This document shows, one piece after another, positions 35,290 through 46,469 of a DNA stretch of 64,000 nt. A program made the position numbers and the translations under genes. Origin of the DNA: Somniosus microcephalus (lineage: Eukaryota). The DNA is taken from assembly GCA_052327205.1 (NCBI GenBank), contig CM126209.1, forward strand, positions 82,894,001 to 82,958,000, written 5' to 3'. The notes under the pieces are model-generated. The model was not told the origin of the DNA, ran no database searches, and saw nothing but the letters and a program-made list of their open reading frames with translations. Numbering within the stretch: the first letter of the stretch is position 1; the number at the start of each line of letters is the position of its first letter.

Positions 35290-36885
35290 CATAGAATCAA
35301 AGAGTGGTTACAGCACAGAAGGAGGCCATTCGGCCCATCGAGCCCGTGCCGACTCTCAGCTAGTCCCACTCCCCTGCCCTTTCCCTGTAGCCCTGCAAAT
35401 TTTTTTCCTTCTGATACTTATCCAACTCCCTTTTGAAAGATAAGATTGAGTCTGCTTCCGCCACCCTCTTAGGCAGTGCATTCCAGATCCTAACCACTCG
35501 CTGTGTAAAAAAGTTTTTTCTTACGTCGCCTTTGGTTCTTTTGCCAATCACCTTAAATCTGTGTCCTCTGGTTCTCGACCCTTCCGCCAATGGGAACAGT
35601 TTCTCTCTATCTACTCTGTCCAGACCCCTCATGATTTTGAACACCTCTATCAAATCTCCTCTCAATCTTCTCTGCTCCAAGGAGAACAACCCCAACTTCT
35701 CCAGTCTATCCAAGTAACTGAAGTCCCTCATTCCTGGAATCACTCTCGTAAATCTTTTCTGCATCCTCTCTAATGCCTTCACATCCTTCCTAAAGTGTGG
35801 TGCCCAGAATTGGACACAATACTCCAGTGGGGGCCGAACCAGTGTTTTATACAGGTTCATCATAATTTTCACACTTTTGTACTCTATACCTCTACTTCTG
35901 AAGCTCAGGATCCCGTAAGCCTTTTTAACTGCTTTCTCAACCTGCCCTGCCACCTTCAACGTTTGCGCACATTTACCCCCAGGTCTCTCTGTTCATGCAC
36001 CCCCTTTGGGATTGTACCATTTAGTTTATACGTCCATTCCTCATTCTTTGTACCAAAATATATCACTTCACACTTTTCTGTGTTAAATTTCATCTGCCAC
36101 ATGTCTGCCCATTTCACCAGCCTGTTTATGTCTTCCTGAAGTCTATCACTATCCTCCTCACTGTTCACTATACTTCCAAGTTTTGTGTCATCTGCAAATT
36201 TTGAAATTGTGCCCTGTACACCCACGTCCAAGTCATCAATACATATCAAGAAAAGCAGTGGTCCTAGAACCGACTCCTGGGGAACATCACTGTATACCTT
36301 CCTCCAGTCCGAAAAACAACCATTCACCACTACTCTCTGTTTCCTGTCACTTAGCCAATTTCGTATCCACGCTGCCACTGTCCCTTTTATTCCATTGGCT
36401 TCAACTTTGCTGGCAAGCCTATTATGTGGCACTTTGTCAAATGCCTTTTGGAAGTCCATGTACACCACATCAATTGCATTATCCTCATCAACCCTCTCTG
36501 TTACCTCATCAAAAAACTCGATCAAGTTGGTTAAACACGACTTGCCTTTATCAAATTCATGCTGGCTTTCCTTAATTAATCCACACCTATCCAAGTGACT
36601 GTTAATTTTGTCCCTGATTACTGTTTCTCAAAGCTTCCCCACTACCGAGGTTAAACTGACTGGCCTGTAGTTGCTGGGTTTGTCCTTACACCCTTTTTTG
36701 AACAAGGGTGTAACATTTGCAATTCTCCAGTCCTCTGGCACCACCCCTGTATTTAAGGAGGATTGGAATATTACGACCAGTACCTCCACGATTTCTGCCC
36801 TCAATTCCCTCAGCATCCTAGGATGCTTCCCATCTGCTCCTGGTGATTCATCTACTTTAAGTACAGCCAGCCTTTCTAATACCTC
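35290..36885 (-). mobile_element. 5'-truncated CR1 LINE (ORF2 reverse transcriptase and 3' tail), frameshifted
   Basis: Consecutive ORFs with CR1 motifs: NYRPVSLTSVVGKL, GKSCLTNLIEFF, DVVYMDFQKAFDKVPH, SKFADDTKLG, YKTLVRPPLEYCVQFWAP, RRLRGDLIEVFKIM. Confidence 0.95.
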
Positions 36886-37869
36886 ATACGATGGAGTGGG
36901 TGGGCGGCAGGGGAGGAGGCACTCGCGTCCACTGGACGCGGGCACCCTACTGGATGTTAACCCAGAATTCAGAGCCGAGCTCCACTCACCGGGAGTGTCT
37001 AAAGTGGGATTCGAATCCTGCACCTTCTGACTCAGTGGTGGGAATGCTGCCATTATGCCAAAGGTTTGCTCGGTAAGGTTGGCAAGAAGGCAGTAACAGA
37101 GGGAGAGGGGTTTTACTCATGCACAAAATCATGAGGGCGGAGTTAAAGCAGAACCTGGAGGTAGTGTTGCAGTTGGGCAGCTCACTCCCAGGGTATCATC
37201 TTAAACACAAAGTATGTCTGCCCTCGCTATTTTTCCCCCATTGCCGAGTTTTCCTCCTCTAAATGTGTATCTGCTGTTGCGACCACCAACTGCCGTTGTG
37301 GTTTTTGTGTCATGTGATGGAGGAGAAAAAGGATTTTACAGGAAAGGAAAATGTGTGGTTTTGTCATGTGACCGAAAGAAACAGCTTTACTAACACAAAA
37401 AACAGTGCCATTTATTGGGATCCTCTCTGCCATGAATGAGATACAGTAACAGGACATTTGGTTTGTTATATCAGAATGGTAGAGGAGTTTTCAAGTATAG
37501 TTTTATGAATATGTTAATTTAAGTGCACAAGTGAATCCAGCTTTGTTATATAACACAAACTTTGAATTTCATTTGCATCACAGTGGTAACCTCCTAACTC
37601 TGCTCTAACAGCCAGTGCTGTTCCTTTCCTGTTTAAAACACAGCCTGAATCATATCCTTTCTGTTTTCTATAACCATACTTCAAGCAATTAGGCATTGGT
37701 AGTTTTTTTTTAAAGTATATATTGCAACACTTTCCTGTGGTGAAGATTTCAGTAAGTTTTAATAGATCAAAAACATTGTTATTGAAGAGCTGGGAAATGG
37801 GCCAGGATTCCTAACGTCTTTGTGTGGTTTTAGTCCTTGAATCATTCTACCATTCTATTGCTGTATCTC

Positions 37870-38303
37870 TGACATGATACCAGAACTGAGAGCTTATAAC
37901 TATCAGGAAAGACTGAACAGACAGGGGCTCTTTCTCTGCAAAAGAGAAGGCAGAGAGGTGACTTGATAGAAGTAAGATTATGAAAGGGTTCAATAGGGTA
38001 GACGTAGAGAAAATGTTTCCACTTGTGGGGAGTCTAAAACTAGAGGGCCATAAATATAAGATAGTCATTAATAAATCCAATACCCAGAGAGTGGTTAGAA
38101 TGTGGAACTTGCTACCAGAAGGAGTAGTTAAGGTGAATAGCATTGATACATTTAAGGAGAAGCTAGATAAACACATGAGGCAGAAAGGAATAGAGGGATA
38201 TGTTGATGGGGTGAGATGAAGAAGGGTGGGAGGAGGCTCGTGTGGAGCATGAACTGTTGGGCCGAGTGGCCTGTTTCTGTGCTGTACTTTCTATGTCATT
38301 CAA
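37870..38303 (+). mobile_element. CR1 LINE 3' fragment
   Basis: MKGFNRVDVEKMFPL..QRVVRMWNLLP..FKEKLDKHM. Same subfamily as the 24928 copy. Confidence 0.85.
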
Positions 38304-38635
38304 TGTAATGTTACAGTGGAGAGTGAAATCAGGAACACTTTAATACTTGTGTTAATTTGGATATCTTCTGGTTAAAGAGATTTTAGCCTCCGTAAGACAA
38401 GCCCATGTGTTTAGCCATCCATTACAATGGACATTGGGCATCGCGATTTCCCCACATCCTCAGCCAGCGGGTATGGCTTGTTACTGGTAGCCTGTTTTTG
38501 GAAAATTGTCCCATATTAGTTGTACATACACATTGAGGACAGTGGATGCCTGGAAGGGATCGGGTAAGGCAGCAGTCTAACCGAGTGGATCGGAAGATGT
38601 CATAAACCATGGAAATACAGTTCAGGTGGCTTCAA

Positions 38636-39116
38636 ACTGTCTTTCGGATGAGACATTAAACTGAGGCCCTGTTTTTCGTGCATGGTCCCTCTAAATTTGC
38701 TGCACGGCCGCTATTGTATGGCGGTATCCTTTCCACCCGCAACAGCTTGTGAGCAACCTGCACGGGACCCTCGGAGTGATGCGTGGCACCTTAGGGGAAG
38801 CGTTGCCTGTCTACACTCTCAGGTGGACGTGAAAGACCCCATGGCACTATTCGAAGAAGAGCAGGGGAGTTCTCCCCAGTGTCCTGGCCAACATTTATCC
38901 CTCAACCAACATTAGTGAAAACAGATTATCCGGTCATTATCTCACTGCGTACAGCGAGATCCCACAAACAGCACATTGGCTGCCGCGTTTCCTACATTGC
39001 AGCAGTGACTACACTTCAAAAGTATTTCATTGGGTGTAAAACACTTTGCGACGTCCTGAGGTCATGAAAGGCGCTATGAGGTCATGAAGGGTGCTATATA
39101 AATGCAAGTCCTTTCT
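38636..39116 (+). mobile_element. SacSINE1-like SINE (5' truncated, with nested MITE)
   Basis: Deu-domain core and tail match the other copies. Confidence 0.8.
38681..38805. mobile_element. Related small hAT-type MITE nested in a SINE
   Basis: catggtccctctaa...ttaggggaagcgttg interrupts the Deu-domain SINE. cctgt occurs near both junctions. Confidence 0.55.
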
Positions 39117-39996
39117 TTTATTTATCTAACCCTTGTGATCGATGAGGGGGCTTTGTGATCATTCCCGGTTATTTTTCTTGCTGCGGTTAAAAATAAACCT
39201 CAAGATTTCACTGCTATGTTTGGGCAGGGTAAAGTGGGGGGGGGGTGTTGCAGGGGAGCTGGTTATTCAGCTGTAAGTCTGTCTTTTGAGCTGGCAGTGG
39301 CTGTCGGTACCAGCACCTCGGGGGGAGGGGGTGGGTAAATTCCTCAGGGTGGTGAATGTTAGGGGGGTTCTCCTGATCGGCTGCTGTAACTGGTGAAAAC
39401 TTCGAGGTGCAGATGAGTCATGATCTAATTGAATGGCGGAATGGGCTCGAGGGGCTGAATGGCCTACTCCTGTTCCTATGGAAACCCAGCATCCTCCGAT
39501 CTTGCATCGACGTTACGCTGGCTGACCAAGAGAAACCCCCTCTTGTGGAAACTCACGGCAATGATGCGACAATGGTGTTCACACTGAGGGCTGCGGAATC
39601 ATTGACTGAAAATGTTAGCAAGAAAAGAGTTTACAATTGTTTACCGGGAAATGATATAGCCAGTGCATATTATGTTCTAGCAACTGCTTTGTTATAAAAT
39701 AATCACACAAAATGCCAAAGAAAGTAGGTTATTGTTGTCATGGTAACCTTTTATGTTATAAATTCAACAATTATTTACAGCGCTGTGTTCCATTTTGTTG
39801 AAAATCCAATTAGAGCTGATAGATTATGAAGAAAATAAAATAGTTTAGTAATGTCTAAACATTAAAAGTTTTGAGTTTTTCTTGAATGTGATCCAATGTT
39901 ATTGTACAGAAATATCAGTGCATTTTATTTTAGTTGCTGCGGTTTTTGTTCCCCGGTTTCTCCAAACCACACACACAACACATTGGCCTGTGCCGG

Positions 39997-40309
39997 TACC
40001 ATTCTGAACCGGCTGTTAGGAAACATGCCAGCAACCAGGTCACAGGTCTTTCCCCTCTCTTTCTCTCGCTCTTTCCACCGCCCCCCCCCCCACCCGTTTG
40101 AAGCCCCTGGCCTCTGCTCGCTGCATCCCCACTGCAGCACGACCGAGATAGGGAACTCATCAAAATGAGTCTGATCTCTCACCATCTGTTCTCCAACCAG
40201 TCACTTTGGCTGGAACCTGGATTTTTCGAACATTGGAATTTTTAATGGCGTTATTTTAAAAATGGCAGTGATAAATTAACTTGGTGATTTTATGTTAAAA
40301 TTTGTTTCC
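39997..40309 (+). repeat. Copy 1 of a local ~300-bp direct duplication
   Basis: Aligns to 45606-45643 plus 46218-46469. Confidence 0.9.
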
Positions 40310-40574
40310 ACTTTAAACGACCACAGTTAAGCAGCGCTAGTAAAGACAAAAGAGGCGGCTTCTATCCGGCACAAAGAACAGATGCAGTCATTATCAAAAT
40401 GTAAACACACAGTTCGAAGTTTAGCACATAAACAAGAGGTTCCAAAGTGGATGTTTCCATTATTTCGCAGAGTTTTTTCCCCCTAATTTAGCCTAAGATT
40501 ATTTTTTTCCCTCTCCCAGGAGATTGCGTGACTGTGAGGAGTGGGGGGGTGAGGAATGAGATGGCGGTGATAAT

Positions 40575-40873
40575 GTGAGCTCTACAACCTTCTGGGAACT
40601 CTACATTCCTTCGACTCTGGCCTCTTGTCCACCCCCACCATTGGCGGCCATGCCTTCAGCTGCCTAGGCCCTAAGCTCTGGAATTCCCACTTTACTCCTC
40701 TTTCTCCTTTTAAGATGCTCTTTATAACCTACCTCTTTGACCAAGCGTTTGCTCACGTGTCCTAATATCTCCTTATGTGGCTCGGTGTCAATTTTTGTCT
40801 GATGACGCTCCTGTGAAGTGCCTTGGGATGTTTTACTACGTTAAAGGCGCTATATAAATGCAAGTTGCTGTTG
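40575..40873 (+). mobile_element. L2 LINE 3' end
   Basis: Same tail as the 34000 copy. Other L2 fragments at ~52015-52215 (-), 53100-53550 (-) and 63005-63180 (+). Confidence 0.8.
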
Positions 40874-40982
40874 TAAGCTGCACCATGCTGGGACGGCACC
40901 GTCTCACTGGGCCCACCGTCTATACCTGTGCTCCTTTTACGTAAGTTTCGTGTTAATAATTGCTTTTTTTAAAATTAATTAG

Positions 40983-43178
40983 GCAATTGCAGCCACAGAG
41001 GGCAGTCGAGAGACGGACGAATCGAGGGGAGTCTTGGCCTCGACACGGGAAGCGGCGGTGACGCAGTATGAGAACGGAGCGGAGGAACAGCACTGCTGTG
41101 ACATCACCGAGGGCTCAGACGGCAAAGGAGGCCGTCCCAAGGACAAAGTCGGCAAAGCCAACGGTGAGCAATTGAAGGGAAAGGAAGCCGAACCGTTGTA
41201 TTTGCACCAGGGCCTCACGGCCCATTCGGGAGATGCGACGGCACAAAGCCCAGTGGATGGACAGCCTCAGGAAGAAAGCAAGGCTGCCCCAGCCGCCCCC
41301 CAGGATCTCGAGTCGCCACAACGCCCGCCGGACGCACTGGCCAACGATCTCCAGGAGAAAGCTGTCAGTGAAGTAACCGCAGCTGAAAAGTGCGCAGAGA
41401 GAGACTCCCCCGATCGGGGATCGAGCACGGTGTCGCAAGACGCGGCAAACGGCTCCATTCAGGCTGATCAGTCGCCGAAGGAGGAGGTTGAAAATCGGCT
41501 GGGGAGCAACCGACCACATAGCACACACAGACGGTCACTGGGGCAGGCTGCGAGGGTTAAACTGAACCCCTCGCCTGGCCCCCACAAAGAGAAAGAGGAG
41601 CTGCTTGTTATGACAAAAAGTGAAGCTTGCCCCAGCTACATGCCTTTGGTGTACACCAGGGGACATCCTGGCATCATGTCGCCACTTGCCAAGAAGAAAT
41701 TCTTATCACAGGTCAGTGGCACTTTGCCCAACAACTATCCAATCGGAGCCCCACCCCCGTTAATTAGCAGTAAAAAACCTGGTGACATTGGAGAGGACAT
41801 GGTTACGACTGAGTGTCATGTTTTACAAGGTTCCACGTCAGACCAGTTGGCCATTAATAGACCCTCTGTGATTCAACATGCGCATAGTTTTCAGAAGAGA
41901 AATGCTGATGAGCGAGGGGAAGCATTTAAGCACGATGGTTTGAATAAATTATCAGATGCTGAGGCTGCTTATCTTTCCAAGCATCACCTCAATTGCTCAG
42001 ACTCATTCAAAAGTGGTGCTCCTTACCCTTTCACCTCTGACCTTCTAGACAATGAAAATAAATGTTCTGAGAAGAAAGGTTGCCAACCATCACAAGTGTC
42101 GAGTTTTCTAGCAGACTTCTACTCCTCCCCCCACCTGCACAATCTTTACAGACAGACAGAGCATCACCTTAATAACGACCAAACATCAAAGTACCTGAGC
42201 AGTACCACAAAGGATAAAAGTTCTTTATATGTGCAACATAAAAACCAGGATACGGTCTATTTAAATTATCTTTCAACACTGCACCAACCGGAAAAGAAAT
42301 GTGCAGTGAAACCTCCCACAGAGGAGCAGCCCACTGACTTGAGTCTTCCAAAGCTGAAGAAAACATTACCCAAGAACTTGGCAAACAGTGCCCTTCATTT
42401 ATCACCGCATCTAGACATCAAGAGCACGACAGCAAGTACGCAGTCGGCCCATAGCGACTGCAACCCCAAATCTTGCCGTGTCCCTCCAATGCCAATCTCG
42501 ACCAATACCAAGAGCGGTGAAGCCGTTCCGCCACCGTCGGCAAAGCTGGAGGAAGTGGTCCGACCCACAATGAGTTCCAAAGGCAGCTCGCAGGTCATCG
42601 GGACCACCAAGCCCGTCAAGAGGAACCGCGAGGGCGCAGACAGTGGTAGCAGCGAGAACCCAGAGAAAAAACTCCGGGCCGTGTCTCCCATGCCGCTGTC
42701 AAAGGACATGGCGATAAAAGAAAAGCCGTCTGACTTGGAAGGTGAAAGCAGCAAAACTCTGCCCCCCGGGATCTTCTTGGAGGGCCACAAGTTCCCGCTG
42801 CCGACTCCGATTTTCCCGGGTGTGTATCCTGGAGCCTTTGTATCTCAGGTTCAAGATATGTGCGACGGCCTGGGATCGCGGTTTCCGGTTGACTACGTCC
42901 ATCCTTTACAATACTTGAAGAACCAGGCTGTGCTGTCTCCGCTCATGCAACCACTAGCGATCCATTCCTTCATGATACCGGCGATGCAGAGACAGATCCT
43001 TGCTTCGACTGGCACCTCCCCACAACTGTATAGACATCTGTCCGCGGCTGCTACCCCAGTCGCGGCTTCTTACGGGGACATTTTGCACCATAGCCTTTAT
43101 CCTCTAGCTGCTCTGAACCCACAGGTTGCCTATTCCACCTCGCCGATCTCTTCTCTACATCCCAGCACAAAACTATAA
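40983..43178 (+). CDS. ARID5B: ARID5B large terminal coding exon (exon 10 equivalent)
   Basis: T-rich tract with ttag acceptor at 40981-40982, in frame with ORF 41034-43178. Contains the ARID5B motifs GIMSPLAKKK, RPSVIQH, SSFLADFYSSPHLH and QPTDLSLPK, and the C-terminus LHPSTKL followed by TAA. Confidence 0.95.
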   Translation, partial: AIAATEGSRETDESRGVLASTREAAVTQYENGAEEQHCCDITEGSDGKGGRPKDKVGKANGEQLKGKEAEPLYLHQGLTAHSGDATAQSPVDGQPQEESKAAPAAPQDLESPQRPPDALANDLQEKAVSEVTAAEKCAERDSPDRGSSTVSQDAANGSIQADQSPKEEVENRLGSNRPHSTHRRSLGQAARVKLNPSPGPHKEKEELLVMTKSEACPSYMPLVYTRGHPGIMSPLAKKKFLSQVSGTLPNNYPIGAPPPLISSKKPGDIGEDMVTTECHVLQGSTSDQLAINRPSVIQHAHSFQKRNADERGEAFKHDGLNKLSDAEAAYLSKHHLNCSDSFKSGAPYPFTSDLLDNENKCSEKKGCQPSQVSSFLADFYSSPHLHNLYRQTEHHLNNDQTSKYLSSTTKDKSSLYVQHKNQDTVYLNYLSTLHQPEKKCAVKPPTEEQPTDLSLPKLKKTLPKNLANSALHLSPHLDIKSTTASTQSAHSDCNPKSCRVPPMPISTNTKSGEAVPPPSAKLEEVVRPTMSSKGSSQVIGTTKPVKRNREGADSGSSENPEKKLRAVSPMPLSKDMAIKEKPSDLEGESSKTLPPGIFLEGHKFPLPTPIFPGVYPGAFVSQVQDMCDGLGSRFPVDYVHPLQYLKNQAVLSPLMQPLAIHSFMIPAMQRQILASTGTSPQLYRHLSAAATPVAASYGDILHHSLYPLAALNPQVAYSTSPISSLHPSTKL

Positions 43179-45312
43179 ACATTTCATTTTGTGAAAATCG
43201 TCGAGAGATGTAACGTAACAGCCTGACATTCCACGTTACATCGTAAGACTTCAAGTGATTGCAAGCTACCAGCAACTGGTTTATGTACCTCTTGCATTCA
43301 CTTTAGGTGTTCTTATCATCTACAGATCATAAGATTTGTGTATTTTTTTTAGTACATTGAATGCGTAATATTTTTTTGTACATAGAAATGTTATTTGTCT
43401 GCAACCTAACACTATCATGCTTGCAATATCAACACATTAAATGGCTGTAAATATTCACTACAAACATTTACATCTTAATTAATTTATGCAACTGTAGTCA
43501 CGTTTTTACTTCCCACTTCTGTTGTTTTGTTGTGCGTTTCTCGCAGTGTCAGATGATGGATGTGTTGAGTATTGTGTTCTTGTTCCAGAACAGGATAGAC
43601 ATAATAACTACAGGAAGTTCTCTGCAGCTGTAAATGTCTGTTTGGATTCTTTTGAATCCTTTCTGTAGAACCCATATGTGGTGTTTAATTTCTGCACTAT
43701 GTAATAGTGCACCACTGTTTTTTCCCACTTTTTTTTGGATGTAATTGCCATTCTTGCAGTTGTTAGGAGCTTGACTTTCACCTCGATAAAAGCAGAACCG
43801 TTTACAAAGAATAAAGTAACTGTAACTCTGGAAACACTTGCCTCAGCTTTAATATTGTTCCAAAATAAATGTAAATATTCAAATTCAATTTTCATACTTT
43901 CACTGCCATCCCTGGCACGGTTCCAAACCCACTGCTGTTAAACGGCTACCAATCCCGAGATAAAGATTTGTATATAAGATATGCTAGCTGTAGTTTGCAA
44001 TTGCTACACTGCAGGAAAAAAAACGATAATTTTATATTTCGATCCTGCCTGCCTTGCATTTAAGGTCACAAAAGTATAGCTGCAAGGGTTCTTTCTGTGG
44101 TTCCGCATAATGTTTTGTCAATCAAGTATTTGAACCGTAAATCTAGCTAATGTAAACAAGGCAGATTTTGAAAAGAAGCAAAAGTGAAGCTGAATAATAA
44201 AATGGAAAAAACAAGATTCCACTTTGGCATCCGCTCGCATTCTGCTGGTTTTATAATAAAGCCCCTTCAGTCTATTCCCGTTGTCTCTGCAGCTGTTGGT
44301 GAAGCTTTAATAAGATTTGTGTTGAAATGCAATTCTGGCTCTTTGTTCAACTCCTGGACTTGGCTCTCAATCTGTGGCAGCCTTTTGTTTCTCATTTAGA
44401 GTTTGGAAAATTTCACTTTACGTTTAAAAGTGCCCTCATGCTAAGCAAATTAAACATAGGCAAATACTTTCAAAGAAAGTCTTTCTTAAACTTATTAGAA
44501 CATTTGCTTCTAGAGAACTTGACATTTGGTTACAATAATTTCCTTTCAGTTCCACACTAAACATGTTTAACTGATGCCTCAGTATTGCATGTGGCTTTCT
44601 GGCAACTCCACTGCTACATCAAGAACTAGCTGTGCCTTTTCATTTCAACAACACATTAAAACTTCAGTACTTAACCGCACATGTTTGTCAATGGTATACC
44701 GTGGTCACATCTGGTCTAGCTTTGCAAAGAGCATTATGATAAGTATTGTGAAATCAGGATATATTATTTTTGCTGGTTTCCATGCTCGTAATGATCATAA
44801 TGGGCACTTAAGAGATTGTTTGTTTGATTGTGGCTATATTAGTTACAGAGAATATTGTTCTCAAATGGTTGTTTTATTCACCAAGACACATTGCTTAAAT
44901 ATTTTCAGTCTGTATCTTATCAGCAAGATGTTTATACTGACATGTTCTTATTATAAAACTTGTATTTTGTAAATAATGAACACATTTCTTTTTGCATTTT
45001 TGTTTTGGTTCTATAGCACATTTTCATGTATGGTGATTTGTACATAGTTAACAGTGAAGACTAGTAACATTAAGATGAGTCCTGATAGTTTAAGGTTATT
45101 GAGTAACCTTGCATTAGGTTCAAACTTTAAATCTAATGTTGCTGAGCCAAATGTAAACACTAAAGTTTTGTTTTTGTATGTTCTCAAAGTGTACTTCTTG
45201 GCAAATGCTTTTGATACTTTGTGCCAATAGTTTATCAATCACATAGCTGGCAAAATATTTTGTACTTTCTGATCCACTGTTATATTTAATAAAAGTTTTA
45301 CTACTTAACAGA
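43179..45312 (+). other. ARID5B: ARID5B 3' UTR (3' end inferred)
   Basis: Repeat-free AT-rich stretch after the stop codon, ending at an AATAAA with a downstream GU/U-rich element. Contains several TGTA(A/C/T)ATA elements. Confidence 0.7.
45288..45293 (+). terminator. Probable main polyadenylation signal of ARID5B
   Basis: AATAAA preceded by TGTA (45261) and followed about 20 nt later by gatgtgtgatttttcttt. More proximal AATAAA hexamers exist at 43810 and 43864. Confidence 0.65.
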
Positions 45313-45605
45313 TGTGTGATTTTCTTTAGTTTATATTACTCATTTTATTTTAAAGGTTAGAAGGTTTCTCAAAGTTTCATCATGAAATGAGCTCACTGTT
45401 TTAAATAACAGCTCAGCCACCTACTCCCAATAGTGGAATTACCGTTATGCAAATGATGTACAGGTGGGATATGAAGAGGTACAAGCTAAAGTGATATCTT
45501 AAAATTAATGTCTGAAGGCAATTAAAGTTCAGACATGTTACCTTAACTTACAAAATGTGACATTTTGTTGCAGACCTTTTGAACACCCACCTAATCTTGT
45601 GACAA

Positions 45606-46469
45606 TACCATTCTGAACCGGTATATTAAGAAAAGTATGCCAGTGTAGCGGTTCGTGTAGATCGCCACTAAATAAGAGAGTTTGACTTTGACGAACTATA
45701 AATAAGTTGTTTATTTACAGGAACAGGCTAATTACAGCAGGTAAGATGGCTGACTGTAGGAGCACCGTGGTGTAGGTCTTGTCCCAGCGGGGACTCCACG
45801 AGGACTGAGTTCGCAGTCCTGTGAGGAGCGTGATGACGTCATCACGCTCTGCTGTGTGTTCCCGCGCTTTGGGCGTCACGTGACCACGTTGCGTCTCCCG
45901 GTACGGAGGCTGGCCGTTGAGGCCGAGGTTGCGAGGCCGGGCTGTGCCGGTGCTTGCCGCGGGGGCAGAAGATCGCGTCGCTCCCGTCGGCTGGCCGATG
46001 CGGCCGAAGTCGCGGTAGGCCGGGCTGTGCCGGCGGCCGTCTTGGAAGACCGAGTCGGGCCGGCGGCCGGCGCGCATGCGTCACGTGATGCGTGACGTCA
46101 GCACGTTAGGTCGCCTCTTAAAGGGGCAACGGCCCCAACAGGTAAGTTATACATACATAAGTAAGTTAAAGGGAATTATGTGACTCAATGTAAGGGACAA
46201 CCAGTGGTACCGCCACACCAGCAGCCTGGGCACATAGATCCTTTTTCCCCTCTCCCACCCATTTGAAGCCCCTGGCCTCTGCTTGCCGCATCCCCACAGC
46301 AGCACGACCGAGATAGGGAACTCATCAAAACGTGTCTGACCTTGCACCAACCATTTCAAACAAATCACTTTGACTGCAGCCCGGACTTTCCGAACATTGG
46401 ACTTTTTAATGAGGTTATTTAAAAAATAGTGATAAATAACTTGGTGATTTTATGTTAAAATCTGCTTCC
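45606..46469 (+). repeat. Copy 2 of the local direct duplication, split by the solo LTR
   Basis: Identical 32-bp core gcagcacgaccgagatagggaactcatcaaaa at 40134-40165 and 46299-46330. Confidence 0.9.
45644..46217 (-). mobile_element. Solo LTR (Gypsy-like), 574 bp
   Basis: TGTAGCGGT...ACCGCCACA termini, 4-bp TSD CCAG (45640-45643 and 46218-46221), AATAAA on - at 45710-45715, and a CpG-rich body. Confidence 0.85.

Noticed and set aside
39925-40185. Minus-strand peptide FDEFPISVVLxWGC..QRPGASNG, found twice (also 46147-46368), as a novel gene
   Set aside because: The similarity is explained by the DNA duplication. Frames diverge outside the core, indels are present, and no convincing splice structure was seen.
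43164-43178. C-terminal STKL as a peroxisomal targeting signal
   Set aside because: TKL is not a canonical PTS1, and ARID5B is a nuclear transcription factor with this same C-terminus.
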